Assembly: GCA_050952625.1 (NCBI GenBank)
Contig: JBMNLH010000004.1
Location: 256,001 to 320,000 of the forward strand
Direction: 5' to 3'
Source of the DNA: Bacillota bacterium
GTDB lineage: Bacteria; Bacillota; Ch66; Ch109
DNA: 64,000 nucleotides
Part shown: in pieces, positions 29,279 through 39,314 of the stretch
How positions within the stretch are numbered: position 1 is the first letter of the stretch
Layout: every line of letters starts with the position of its first letter
Made by a program: the position numbers and the translations under genes
The notes under the pieces: model-generated
What the model saw: the letters and a program-made list of their open reading frames with translations, nothing else
Databases searched by the model: none
What the model was told of the DNA's origin: nothing

Positions 29279-29713
29279 GATCTCCCGTGCTTTGGCAGTC
29301 CGGGCAGATGCAGAATGTCTTTTTGGCCGCCCATATCAATGCCTAACAAAATGGTAAAATACGCAACAATGGTTAAGTACGACAACAGTCATAACTACCC
29401 AAGCCGTTACTCGATATTTAATAGGATCAGGAACGAATTGTTATTATTGCCGTGTTGGTCATGACCAGAACGGTATTATCCCGTCCAGGTCATCACAGTC
29501 TGGGTAAATGCTCAGGGCATTGATAATAACTAGAATGGCATTATCAGTAGTGACCAGAATGGTTATTAAAAATAAAAGGCAAATAAAGCCTCGGTTGGTT
29601 AACCGGGGCTATCTTAGTTATAAGTTATAAGTTATAGGAACCACATGTTGTAAAACAAATACTGCTCATATACAATTGAATTAATTTTGAGTCATTTAAA
29701 GGAGTACGATACC

Positions 29714-30487
29714 ATGCTGATTGATAGCCACTGTCATCTTAATGATCCTCAATTTCAGACTGACCAGAAAGAAGTGCTGGAACGAGCTAAGGCGATGGGG
29801 GTGGAGCAGGTTGTGTGTGTAGGCTATGACTTGGCCTCTTCCCTGGGGGCGGAGGCCTTAGCTCGCCAGCATCCCGATATTTATGCCGTGATCGGCGTGC
29901 ATCCGCATGATGCCCGGCTGGTAAAGGAACAGACTTATAGCATCTTAAAGCGTACAGCCCAATCTCCGCGAGTGGTCGCGATAGGCGAGACCGGTCTTGA
30001 TTACTTTCGAAACCATTCGCCCCATGATTTGCAGCAGCAAGCATTTCGGGGCCATATTCGATTGGCCCGGGAAGTGGGACTGCCGGTCGTCATCCATGAC
30101 CGGGATGCTCACGCGGAGGTTTTGCGGATTATGCGGGAAGAAAAGGCCGCCGAGGTCGGGGGAGTCATTCACTGCTTTTCCGGTAGTTGGGAAATGGCTC
30201 AAGAATGTCTGGCGATGGGGTTTTACATTTCCCTGGCTGGTCCAGTTACCTACAACAATGCTCGTCGCCCGCAGGAGATCGCCACCCAGGTTCCTCTAGA
30301 TCGACTTTTAGTGGAAACAGATGCGCCTTACCTGTCCCCTGAGCCTCGACGAGGCCGACGCAATGAGCCCGGTAACGTCCGTTACGTTGCCGAAAAAATT
30401 GCTGAACTGCGCGGGATTACCGTGGAGGAGTTAGGGTCTGCCACTACCTCAAATGCCAGACGAGTGTTCTTCCGAATGCAGAGTTGA
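29714..30487 (+). CDS. tatD: TatD family hydrolase
   Basis: DSHCHL, GVHPH, IGETGLDY, HCFSG, ETDAPYL. Confidence 0.93.
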   Translation: MLIDSHCHLNDPQFQTDQKEVLERAKAMGVEQVVCVGYDLASSLGAEALARQHPDIYAVIGVHPHDARLVKEQTYSILKRTAQSPRVVAIGETGLDYFRNHSPHDLQQQAFRGHIRLAREVGLPVVIHDRDAHAEVLRIMREEKAAEVGGVIHCFSGSWEMAQECLAMGFYISLAGPVTYNNARRPQEIATQVPLDRLLVETDAPYLSPEPRRGRRNEPGNVRYVAEKIAELRGITVEELGSATTSNARRVFFRMQS

Positions 30488-30594
30488 GCAGATCAAGCTG
30501 GCGGTATAAATTGGATCTTGAACCAGCTCTCGGCAGATTTTTTAAGCATGCCGCACTTTATTTACTTATTCGACGAAAATTCCACTTCTCCGAG

Positions 30595-30621
30595 GCAGGA
30601 AATCTTGACCACATGGAGAAT
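30595..30621 (+). promoter_or_regulatory. Sigma-H-like promoter upstream of yabE
   Basis: GCAGGAAAT...GAGAAT with consensus spacing. Confidence 0.5.
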
Positions 30622-30740
30622 TTAATAAATGACAAACTAGAGCAATAGTCCTAGGTTGTCAGTTATAAAAGGTCAAGCTATCCCGTTATCAAAGCCCAAG
30701 GTTGGAAGTGTTGGTTGGGCCCCGAGAGGAGGATGGATGA

Positions 30741-31745
30741 TTGAGGAACTGGTTAAAAAAGCGGTATTCCAGTAGGTTATTCTGGGCAGGAAGGAAACGG
30801 TTTTTGCTTATTGGACTGCTAGCCTTGTGCCTAACAACCAGCGCAGCCGCTGGTCTTTCTTTGGCCACCAAGACAGCAGCGGTGCAGGTAGATGGCCGCA
30901 CCCTGGCAATTAGCACCACTAGTAAAACCGTGGGAGAGGTTTTAGCTGAAGCGAGCATTGAAATAACACCATATGATCAGGTTTACCCCAGTGCGGATTC
31001 TCGACTCAGTTATAATCAGGACATTCAAGTAATCAAGGCTTTTCCAGTAACGGTGGTAGCAGACGGTCAAGAGGTTCAATTAACTACCGTACCAACATCA
31101 GTTCAGGAAATTATTCAGTTAGCGGGAATAGAGCTAGGCAGCCTGGACCGGGTTACTCCAGCTCCAGAGACGAAAGTGGAAGAACCAACGGAGATTAAGA
31201 TAGTTCGCGTGACCCAAAAAACGGTCCATCTGGATCAAGAGATACCCATGCCGATTGAGCGGATAGAAGACACCACGCTAGAGCAGGGAATTCAGCGGAC
31301 GGTTCAGTCGGGAGCAAAAGGATTAGAACGCCAGACCTTATTGGTTTCTTATGAAGATGGTCAGGAAGTTAGCCGACAGGTCATTGGTTCAGAAGTAATC
31401 AAGCCCCCAGTTAAAAAAATAATTGCCGCGGGAGTTTTAACCAGTGTATCCCGGGGTGGGCAACGGCTTGATTTTAAACGAGCAATGATGGTCAAGGCTA
31501 CCGCTTACAGCTATAATGCCGGTTCCCGGACCTCCACGGGGCAGAGGGTGCGAGTTGGCGGAATTGCGGTGGACCCCACTGTAATTAAATACGGTACCCG
31601 GGTATATGTAGAGGGTTACGGTTACGCAGTCGCCAATGATTGTGGCGGGGCAATAAAGGGTAACCGAGTTGATTTATTCTTTGAAACGGAAAAAGAGTGC
31701 CGACGTTGGGGCGTCAGAAATGTAAAACTTTATATATTAGAATAA
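30741..31745 (+). CDS. yabE: YabE-like cell wall protein (ubiquitin-like DUF348 repeats, G5, 3D domains)
   Basis: Signal anchor, TVGEVLAE repeats, VSRGG, ATAY, IAVDP, DCGGAIKGNRVDLF. Confidence 0.88.
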   Translation: MRNWLKKRYSSRLFWAGRKRFLLIGLLALCLTTSAAAGLSLATKTAAVQVDGRTLAISTTSKTVGEVLAEASIEITPYDQVYPSADSRLSYNQDIQVIKAFPVTVVADGQEVQLTTVPTSVQEIIQLAGIELGSLDRVTPAPETKVEEPTEIKIVRVTQKTVHLDQEIPMPIERIEDTTLEQGIQRTVQSGAKGLERQTLLVSYEDGQEVSRQVIGSEVIKPPVKKIIAAGVLTSVSRGGQRLDFKRAMMVKATAYSYNAGSRTSTGQRVRVGGIAVDPTVIKYGTRVYVEGYGYAVANDCGGAIKGNRVDLFFETEKECRRWGVRNVKLYILE

Positions 31746-31776
31746 GTTTAGGATCTTCTTAATTAATCTTTTTATC

Positions 31777-31804
31777 GCAGGGTGGAATGAACCCTGCTTT
31801 TTTT
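31777..31804 (+). terminator. Intrinsic terminator after yabE
   Basis: GCAGGGT...ACCCTGC followed by T7. Confidence 0.7.
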
Positions 31805-31893
31805 ATCAACGCCTGTCGTTATGACTAGATTTTCTAATGGCATTTCTTATTTATATACATCCGTAGTATAATAGAAGGTGGAGGAATTATTCA

Positions 31894-32799
31894 ATGCCAA
31901 AATATATTACTAATACCCAGCAGATGCGAGATCTGATCCGGCGCCATGAATTTCATGTCAAGAAAAAGTTAGGCCAGCATTTTATGGTATCCTCTCAGGT
32001 GCTAGAGAGGATAATTGAACTAGCGGAGGTTAAGACTGAGGACCGGGTCTTAGAAATCGGGCCCGGTCTAGGGGCCTTAACCCAGCATTTAGCGGAAAAA
32101 GCCGGTCAAGTAGTAGCAGTCGAGGTTGATGTCTCGTTGTTTCCTCTATTGCGTGAGACCTTGGCTAGGTTTTCGAATATCCGACTAGTTGCCGGCGATA
32201 TCTTAAAGCTGAACCTGGACGAAATTATGCAGCAAGAGAGACTGGTGAAAGATGGACCAACCTCACCTTTGACCTACAAAGTTGTCGGTAATTTACCCTA
32301 CTATATAACTAGTCCGATTATTATGGGTATCCTTGAAGGAGGTTACCAGATCGAAAGTCTGGTCGTAATGATTCAAAAAGAGGTGGCTGAGCGTCTGGTC
32401 GCTCGGCCGGGCACTAAAGAATACGGGCTCCTGAGTGTTGGGGTTCAGTATTATGCGGAAGTGTTTCCAGGCGGTATTGTTGGTCGAGATGCTTTTTGGC
32501 CGCGACCCGAAGTTGATTCGGCCTTAGTCAAACTGATCCCCCGTCAGGAACCGGCAGTTAAAGTGGATAGTCAGGAGTTTTTCTTTTGGACCGCCAAGGC
32601 CGCTTTTGGTCAAAGGAGAAAAACTCTACTCAATGCTCTTATGGGTGCTCCTGGGACTCAGGGAATAAAACGGGAAATAATCGAAAAGACCCTGGTAAAC
32701 ATCGGGATAGACCCTCGTCGGCGCGGGGAAACCCTAAGCCTGACAGAGTTAGCTGAGATAAGTAATCATCTGTACCCATTAATTCGAACAGGGAGGTAG
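31894..32799 (+). CDS. rsmA: 16S rRNA A1518/A1519 dimethyltransferase
   Basis: KKLGQHF, EIGPGLGALT, NLPYYIT, QKEVAER, FGQRRKTL. Confidence 0.96.
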   Translation: MPKYITNTQQMRDLIRRHEFHVKKKLGQHFMVSSQVLERIIELAEVKTEDRVLEIGPGLGALTQHLAEKAGQVVAVEVDVSLFPLLRETLARFSNIRLVAGDILKLNLDEIMQQERLVKDGPTSPLTYKVVGNLPYYITSPIIMGILEGGYQIESLVVMIQKEVAERLVARPGTKEYGLLSVGVQYYAEVFPGGIVGRDAFWPRPEVDSALVKLIPRQEPAVKVDSQEFFFWTAKAAFGQRRKTLLNALMGAPGTQGIKREIIEKTLVNIGIDPRRRGETLSLTELAEISNHLYPLIRTGR

Positions 32800-32802
32800 T
32801 CG

Positions 32803-33270
32803 ATGTTTATCAGCCCAACCAGAGGTAGAATGACCTGTGAGGAAATGCTGGCCGATATCGTAGATTATATGCTGGCAGCGATTGAGTATCAATACAAGAT
32901 TATTGTGGGGACTGACTCTCAGATGCGGGAGGAGACCTGTCTGGTTACGGCTGTGGTTGTTCATCGGGTAGGTAAAGGGGCTAGATACTATTACCGTAAG
33001 AAAAAACATCGACGGATGCAAAGTCTGCGACAGCGGCTTTTTTATGAGGCAGCTCTTAGCCTGGAGACAGCTAGTCGCCTTACTTCTCTGCTGGCGGAAA
33101 AAGGCTATGCAGATTTAGATCTAGAAATCCATCTTGACGTGGGGCCTAAAGGAGAGACCAAGGAGATGATTCGTGAGCTAGTAGGGATGATCGTGGGCAG
33201 CGGGTTTGATGCCCGGATCAAACCGGACTCCTTTGGAGCTTCAAAAGTAGCTGATAAACACACCAAATAA
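32803..33270 (+). CDS. Ribonuclease H-like YkuK family protein (DUF458)
   Basis: MFISPT, IVGTDSQ, HRVGKG, EIHLDVG, IKPDSFGASKVADKHTK. Confidence 0.8.
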   Translation: MFISPTRGRMTCEEMLADIVDYMLAAIEYQYKIIVGTDSQMREETCLVTAVVVHRVGKGARYYYRKKKHRRMQSLRQRLFYEAALSLETASRLTSLLAEKGYADLDLEIHLDVGPKGETKEMIRELVGMIVGSGFDARIKPDSFGASKVADKHTK

Positions 33271-33394
33271 CTCAGCCACGGGGACGTTCTTCCGGCCGGT
33301 TGTGAGACCGGTGACGCTCATGTTATCACTCGGTTGGTGGGTTTATTATCTCTAATATTCCGGATTTTTGAAGGATCTTGTCAGAAGTTTGAAG

Positions 33395-33464
33395 TTGACT
33401 TGCCTGGCTGGTTTTTGTATAATATTACGTCCAAGTTGACAAAATATGCAGTCTGTATTAGAAT
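33395..33464 (+). promoter_or_regulatory. Tandem sigma-A promoters of veg
   Basis: TTGACT-N17-TATAAT (33395-33423) and TTGACA-N17-TAGAAT (33436-33464). Confidence 0.75.
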
Positions 33465-33485
33465 AGGAGGAGACCACGAAAGAAG

Positions 33486-33767
33486 GTGATGTTTTTGGCT
33501 CCCAAAAAAGTCCTGGCGGAGATTAAACAAGACTTAGACTCCTTTGTCGGTAACAAGATTCGCTTAAAAGCCAATCGGGGCCGGAATAAAGTGGTGGAGC
33601 GAGTGGGAGTTTTGGAGAGGACCTACCCTAACATCTTTGTGGTAAGATTGGATGAAAAAAGGTCTGAACGACGGGTTTCCTACAGTTACTCCGATGTTTT
33701 AACTGAAACGGTGGAACTGGTAGTGTGTCACCAAGATGGCGACATCCGGATTGTAGGAGCTCGTTAA
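33486..33767 (+). CDS. veg: Veg protein
   Basis: GR...GVLERTYPNIFVV...VSYSYSDVLTETVEL. Confidence 0.93.
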   Translation: MMFLAPKKVLAEIKQDLDSFVGNKIRLKANRGRNKVVERVGVLERTYPNIFVVRLDEKRSERRVSYSYSDVLTETVELVVCHQDGDIRIVGAR

Positions 33768-33954
33768 AACTTAGACGTTACTAATTTACAACAACTTTTT
33801 GCCAAAAACTTTATCACCAGGATGTCATGCTTCACGGTATCTTAAAGGCAACGGAATTAATTCCGTTGCCTTATTTAATGGTGCTACATATGATATTGAG
33901 AACGATACAAACGATAATATAGAAATATCTTGAGCGGATAGGCTGGGTGTGTGA

Positions 33955-34902
33955 TTGGGGCAGGTGAGTTTGGTGCAACCAGTAGTGCTTAAATTCGGCG
34001 GTCCGGCTTTGGGTCTGGTCTTAAGTGGGGGAGGCCTTAAAGGAGTTGCGCATATTGGAGTTCTGAAGGTTTTAGAGGAAAACGGGCTATATCCCCAAAT
34101 GATTGCCGGCACCAGTGCCGGGTCGATTATCGCTGCCTTGTATGCGGCCGGGGTACGACCACAAGAAATGGAGGAGGCAGCATATCAGTTAAAAAACAGC
34201 GACATCCTGGACTGGAGTTTTGGGATTAGTACCGCCGTCAGCTTGGCGGTCCAGAGTCTTTGCAGTTGGGTGCCTTTTCTGCATAATAAGGCACCGGAGG
34301 GTTTAATCCGGGGAAAAAAGATTGAATCCTTGGTTGGCCGTTTAACTGACCGAAAAAGAACCGACCATGTTTCCTTACCATTAGCAATTGTCGCCACGGA
34401 TATTGATACCGGCGAAAGAATCGTTTTTACTAATTGGCGGCATGCTCCGACAGTTCCGGTCAATGGGACCTGTTTTGTCCAACAGGTACCTTTGGCGATG
34501 GCAGTGCGCGCTAGTATTGCCATTCCCGGCGTTTTTGAACCGGTTTATTTTGCCGGGCGAACCCTGGTCGATGGGGGATTGGTAGATAATGTTCCGGTAG
34601 ATATCATGCATTGGATGGGAGCAGATCCAATAATCGCCGTTAATTTGGGTTTTCATCAACCCGGTTATAAAACAAAGAACGTTCTTAATATTTTGATGCG
34701 TTCCTTAGATATTTTGATCAGTGAAACATCAGATGTCGAATTAAAAAACTTAGCCAGTCTGGTAATAACTCCGCCAATAACTGGGGTTGGCCTGGGCGAT
34801 GTTGACAAGATTCCGGAATGTATCGAAATAGGGGCTCAAAGTACCCGTAAGGCTGTCCCGATGATTAAGCGGATGCTACAGGTCAGGAAAGTAGCCCAAT
34901 AG
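33955..34902 (+). CDS. Patatin-like phospholipase
   Basis: LSGGGLKG, GTSAG nucleophile, DGG. Confidence 0.9.
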   Translation: MGQVSLVQPVVLKFGGPALGLVLSGGGLKGVAHIGVLKVLEENGLYPQMIAGTSAGSIIAALYAAGVRPQEMEEAAYQLKNSDILDWSFGISTAVSLAVQSLCSWVPFLHNKAPEGLIRGKKIESLVGRLTDRKRTDHVSLPLAIVATDIDTGERIVFTNWRHAPTVPVNGTCFVQQVPLAMAVRASIAIPGVFEPVYFAGRTLVDGGLVDNVPVDIMHWMGADPIIAVNLGFHQPGYKTKNVLNILMRSLDILISETSDVELKNLASLVITPPITGVGLGDVDKIPECIEIGAQSTRKAVPMIKRMLQVRKVAQ

Positions 34903-34903
34903 G

Positions 34904-34931
34904 AACCATTTGGCTGTGACAAACATACTAT
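34904..34931 (+). promoter_or_regulatory. Candidate sigma-K/sigma-E mother-cell promoter of the split RHH gene
   Basis: AACC-N16-CATACTAT versus sigma-K consensus mACm-N16-CATAnnnT. Confidence 0.4.
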
Positions 34932-35043
34932 GTAGAAAAAATACGTTGGTTGACAGGAGAATCCACCACCGGTTTACCTTGACTGGAGGGAAAGTATTAA
35001 CAATCTAACAACCTGGCCTGACGCATCGGAGAGGGGGGGGACC

Positions 35044-35086
35044 GTGGCTACTGAAAAATTTGAACATGTTACTTTTTACCTGACCA
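35044..35086 (+). pseudogene. 5' part of split ribbon-helix-helix (CopG-like) gene, MATEKFEHVTFYLT
   Basis: GTG after GGAGAGGGGGGG; runs into left core; stops at 35091 in the integrated state. Confidence 0.8.
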
Positions 35087-36620
35087 GATAACAATTATTG
35101 CGCAAAATACCGGTGTTGATTCTATAGGTTACCTTAACCACAGGTACCTTGGGGTTTTCCCGACTGGGAAAGACCTCGATTTGATCGACCAACATCTTAA
35201 ATAGATCGTGTTTTACTTCATCCTCAGCCGCATTGATTATCTCTCCGATTTCATCAGCGATATCTTGCAGTTCCATACCCAGGTTAACAGTTTCTTGTTT
35301 TTCCTGTTGCTGTTTTAGCAACTGCTTTTCTCTGTTTTCAAGAGTTTTTAAATCGCGATTCCTTTCTTCGATATTGGAAAGGATATCGCTCTCAGAAACT
35401 ACGCCCTTGGCGAATAGGTCCAATAGTTTCTTTTTCTCCTGGGCCAGGGTTTTTTGGGCCTCTCTAATCTGGTGCAGTTCTTCATCCAGATTTACCGGGT
35501 TCACTGTTTCTTGTTCCAGATATTCAGCTACTTCTTTAGCTAATCTTCGCGGGTTGGCAAAGAAGTTTTTAATTTCATCCCAGATAATATTTTCTATGAT
35601 TTCTGCCGGCAGCCCGGGAGAATTACAAGTTGCATTACCAGGTAGTTTTTTTCGATGGTTGCAGCGATAATAGAAAAATTTGCCCTTATTACACGAGGTT
35701 CCGTTATAAGAACTCCCGCAGATGCCGCATTTTATTAATCCGCGCAGGAGATATTTTTTATAACTACCGGCCGGCTGAGACATAATTTTTCGCTCCTTTG
35801 CGATTTGTTGGGCCTTTTCAAATTCCTGCATTTCTATTATGACCGGAATAGGGATGTTGATCCGTTCTTGCCCGGGTGGTTTATAGGGGTACAGGCCGTT
35901 AGCATAAAATTTTGACTTAAGAATTTTTAGAACCGAATAAGAGCACCAACCGTGTTTCGAGCGAGGCAGATACCAGTCACCCTTAAAAGTAGCTGGAGAT
36001 GGTTTTCTATTGGCGTTCAAATAATCGACAATGGCCTGAAGACCCATTTCATCTTCGTTATAAAGCTTGAAGATTAAGCGAATGATTTCGGCTTGTTCTG
36101 GTGATATTTCAAGCTTTTTATTGTTTATGTAGTAACCAAATGGAATGTTTCCCTGGGGGAAAAAACCGTTACGCGCGTGACGCACCTTGCCTTCTGTAAA
36201 CCGCTGTTTAATTACCGCGCGGTCATAGGCGGCAAAGGTGGAAAACATACTGGCCATCAGCTGACCAGAAGGCTCAAAGTAGTTAAAAGGTTCATTGATT
36301 GAAATGAGGGATACGCCGGCTTTTTTAAAAAGCTGATATATCTCCTGGGCGACAAATTCATCTCTGGCCAGCCGGTCCACTCTTAGGATCAAGACTTGTG
36401 TTATTTTGCCCTCTAAGATGTCCAGGAGCATGCGTGAGCCTTCCGGACGGTCGCGCAAGGGTATAGTACCACTAATGCCGTCATCCTTGAACCAGTTATC
36501 TTCCAGGATCACAATATTCTGACGATCACAGTATTCTTTTATATTTTGGATTTGGGCCTGGATGTTGTCTCCCTTGGCTTGCTCTTCCGTGGAGACCCGG
36601 CAGTAAGCAGCATAGGACAT
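35076..36620 (-). CDS. Large serine recombinase (resolvase + recombinase + zinc ribbon + coiled coil)
   Basis: YCRVSTEEQ catalytic Ser, DDGISGT, DRLAR, PFGY, LLRGLIKCGICG, YYRC; last codons overlap left att core. Confidence 0.95.
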   Translation of the reverse strand: MSYAAYCRVSTEEQAKGDNIQAQIQNIKEYCDRQNIVILEDNWFKDDGISGTIPLRDRPEGSRMLLDILEGKITQVLILRVDRLARDEFVAQEIYQLFKKAGVSLISINEPFNYFEPSGQLMASMFSTFAAYDRAVIKQRFTEGKVRHARNGFFPQGNIPFGYYINNKKLEISPEQAEIIRLIFKLYNEDEMGLQAIVDYLNANRKPSPATFKGDWYLPRSKHGWCSYSVLKILKSKFYANGLYPYKPPGQERINIPIPVIIEMQEFEKAQQIAKERKIMSQPAGSYKKYLLRGLIKCGICGSSYNGTSCNKGKFFYYRCNHRKKLPGNATCNSPGLPAEIIENIIWDEIKNFFANPRRLAKEVAEYLEQETVNPVNLDEELHQIREAQKTLAQEKKKLLDLFAKGVVSESDILSNIEERNRDLKTLENREKQLLKQQQEKQETVNLGMELQDIADEIGEIINAAEDEVKHDLFKMLVDQIEVFPSRENPKVPVVKVTYRINTGILRNNCYLVR

Positions 36621-36868
36621 AGCAGAACCATTCCTTTATTTTTTATCATTTTAACATATTAAAAAACAGTGTCTATTATCTTAGCTGGCTTATTTTAACA
36701 TCCAGCGGAATCCAGTTATTGTAAACAAAGTAAAGCTGATGTAAAATTAAATAAAATTTTAGTAACATATCGATTATTGCATTTGAGAAAAAACCTCAAA
36801 TAGAGTTGTGAGCTATTCCCTTTTGGGGCATAATAGAGTTGTATAGGTAGGTAATAGGGGGTTCTGAA

Positions 36869-38188
36869 ATGCTAATTAATTATTCGTTTTCAAATTTTAG
36901 ATCCTTTAAAAACAGGACATCTCTTTCTATGTTAGCAGGAACACAAACAACTATGAATGAAAATCTAATTAGACAGGATGGTTATCGCATTATTCCATCT
37001 GTTGTTATTTATGGGGCTAATGCAAGTGGTAAGTCAAACATTATTATGTCTCTTGCGGTAATGAAGGAGATTATCTTAGCAGGATCTTTAGAATCCAATG
37101 TTCCGAACCTAAATAATCTTGAGATGTGCCCTTTTGCCCATAGTGATGATAAGAAGGCTATGTCTTTTGAGATAGAGTTCACCAACAAAGGATATCATCT
37201 TATTTATGGTTTTGAGGTTTTGTGCTCATTGTTTAAAAAAGATGTCAGAAGGATTCTTTCCGAAAATTTATCTATTGTAGACAACAAGTCCAAAAAGTCC
37301 AATCAAGTTAAGTTGTTTGCGCGAAATTCCGATGGCGTAATAATAATGAAAGATAAAGAAGCTCTAAATATTATCGAGTTTGATGAGAAACTTCTGGGGG
37401 AATTTGAAAAGAAAATTAATTCTAATCTTGATGATACCGAGCTTTTTCTATCAAGGGCCTTTAAGAGTACCATTAACAATGAACTTGCAGAGGCAGTAAT
37501 TGATTTCTTTAAAGACGAATTGGTTGTAGTTAGCGATTTTACCCTAAAGAAAGCAAATCTAACGTTTTCCCTTGAAGATTTGCCTAATAAAGATTTTTTT
37601 GCTTGGAACAAGATATTAGAAGGATTTGTGAAGATTGCAGACTTTGGGCCACAGAGCATTGCATTTAAATCGAATAAGTCGGACAATGAAAAATCTGCCG
37701 ACATGGAACTAGTCTCCATCTATCGGTATAAGGATAAAAATGCAGTAGTGATTCCAGCAGAATTAATGGAATCAAGAGGGACGCTGAAATTACTCGATTT
37801 TGCTATCCCTTTTGAATCGCTCTTTTCTTCCGGAGGTGTTTTTGTTCTTGATGAATTCGATGCAGCCATTCACCCCGAACTTATTAAAGGCATCATTGCA
37901 TTATTTAATGACCAGACTATCAATAAAAATGGAGCACAGCTAATATTCACCACCCATAACCCGATCTATTTAAACAATAAAATCTTCCGGAGAGACCAGA
38001 TAAGGTTTGTAGAAAAAGACCAGGATACTTTCGAGAGTGTGATATATTCCTTGGCCGACTTTGGTTCAAAGGAAATTCGAAATGACCATAATTACTTGAT
38101 TAATTATTTTAAAGGCAATTATGGAGCATTACCCTTCATCGATTTTTCCAAATTGCTGAGCAAAAGTGCTAGCGAGGAGGAAGAATAA
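36869..38188 (+). CDS. AAA_21-type ATPase, RloA/AbiLi-like
   Basis: NFRSFK, GANASGKSN, ESRGT, LDEFDAAIHP, QLIFTTHN, YFKGNYGA. Confidence 0.82.
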   Translation: MLINYSFSNFRSFKNRTSLSMLAGTQTTMNENLIRQDGYRIIPSVVIYGANASGKSNIIMSLAVMKEIILAGSLESNVPNLNNLEMCPFAHSDDKKAMSFEIEFTNKGYHLIYGFEVLCSLFKKDVRRILSENLSIVDNKSKKSNQVKLFARNSDGVIIMKDKEALNIIEFDEKLLGEFEKKINSNLDDTELFLSRAFKSTINNELAEAVIDFFKDELVVVSDFTLKKANLTFSLEDLPNKDFFAWNKILEGFVKIADFGPQSIAFKSNKSDNEKSADMELVSIYRYKDKNAVVIPAELMESRGTLKLLDFAIPFESLFSSGGVFVLDEFDAAIHPELIKGIIALFNDQTINKNGAQLIFTTHNPIYLNNKIFRRDQIRFVEKDQDTFESVIYSLADFGSKEIRNDHNYLINYFKGNYGALPFIDFSKLLSKSASEEEE

Positions 38189-38794
38189 ATGGCGTTCTAT
38201 CGAAAAAATTATTTTTGTATTTGTGATGGTCAGCAAGAAGAAATGTACCTGGACCATGTGGCTACACTCATAAAAGTTTTTCCAAAGAGGGTTGTAAAAT
38301 TTAATACAACAGTTGGCAATATTGATCTATTAAAGAGGACATATGTGGATTATGATAGAGCAGCGTTTTTTGATCATGATTTTAATGATAATGAATTCCA
38401 AAGAAATATAATACTTTGTAACCAGTTTAATCGACAGAGAGGGAGATCCACATACCATGCGTTTAGCAATGTAAACTTTGATCTATGGCTGATACTTCAT
38501 AAAGAAGAGTTTAATCGACCAGTTTTTAGCAATGATGCTTACCTGCCAGATGTTAGGAGAATTTATGGATTAGGGGCTACGGAAAATATAAAAAATAAAA
38601 GAACAATTAAGAAGATTCTTGATCAGATCACGTTAGAAGACGTTAAGAATGCTATTAGCCGAGCCAACCGGATTCGGGCTGAAAAGATCGATACAGACAA
38701 AAGAATGATCGGACCAACCATTTGTTATCCTAATCCTGATTTTTCGATCCATGAATTCTTAAAGGTAGTTTTAACTGATTGTGGAGAACTATGA
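38189..38794 (+). CDS. RloB/AbiLii-like protein
   Basis: ICDG..EEMY, FDHD, SNVNFDLWLILH, NP; abuts the ATPase stop. Confidence 0.72.
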   Translation: MAFYRKNYFCICDGQQEEMYLDHVATLIKVFPKRVVKFNTTVGNIDLLKRTYVDYDRAAFFDHDFNDNEFQRNIILCNQFNRQRGRSTYHAFSNVNFDLWLILHKEEFNRPVFSNDAYLPDVRRIYGLGATENIKNKRTIKKILDQITLEDVKNAISRANRIRAEKIDTDKRMIGPTICYPNPDFSIHEFLKVVLTDCGEL

Positions 38795-38921
38795 TCTGGA
38801 GAGGTAGTAGATGAACCCGTTCCCTGGAAGGTTACGAACAAGGGAAAAATTCGGTAGGATTATTGGCTTTGATTAGAATAAGGACAGTCAGGTTGGGTTC
38901 TGGGTGAGGGGGGATTTTATA

Positions 38922-39263
38922 ATGATATGGGAAGAAGTGAAAAAAGCATATTCTAATCAGTGGATAATCATCGAGGCTATTGAGGCTCATACAGAAGGGG
39001 ACAAAAGGGTTATTGCTCAAATGACCGTGGTTGATAATTTTCAAGACAATAATAAGGCTTTACTGCACTATTTGCAGTTGCACCGGAAGCATAGGGAGCG
39101 GGAACTCTATGTTGTTCATACTTCCCGTCCAGAATTAGATATAATTGAGCAGAAATCGATTGGAGTCAGGGCTGACATAGCGATTCCTCTTCGGGATCCG
39201 CATGAGTTCTATGACGACTGGGATGATCCGGCGGTGGATGCTAAATATGCTGAAACCTGGTGA
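38922..39263 (+). CDS. Hypothetical protein, possibly chimeric with an antitoxin-like acidic tail
   Basis: RBS GAGGGGG; tail FYDDWDDPAVDAKYAETW overlaps a PemK-like start. Confidence 0.5.
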   Translation: MIWEEVKKAYSNQWIIIEAIEAHTEGDKRVIAQMTVVDNFQDNNKALLHYLQLHRKHRERELYVVHTSRPELDIIEQKSIGVRADIAIPLRDPHEFYDDWDDPAVDAKYAETW

Positions 39264-39300
39264 TGTAGTTGCAAATTACTCAGTTTTAACAACAACATAA
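39247..39300 (+). pseudogene. Possible PemK/MazF toxin 5' remnant (MLKPGDVV...)
   Basis: ATG overlapping upstream gene end; KPGDVV resembles a PemK N-terminus; stops after 17 codons. Confidence 0.35.
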
Positions 39301-39314
39301 TACTCCAAAGGGAG

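Noticed and set aside
31746-33485. Absence of rnmV and yabG relative to B. subtilis order as a special event
   Set aside because: Gene order here varies among Clostridia and the genes may be elsewhere; no remnant seen
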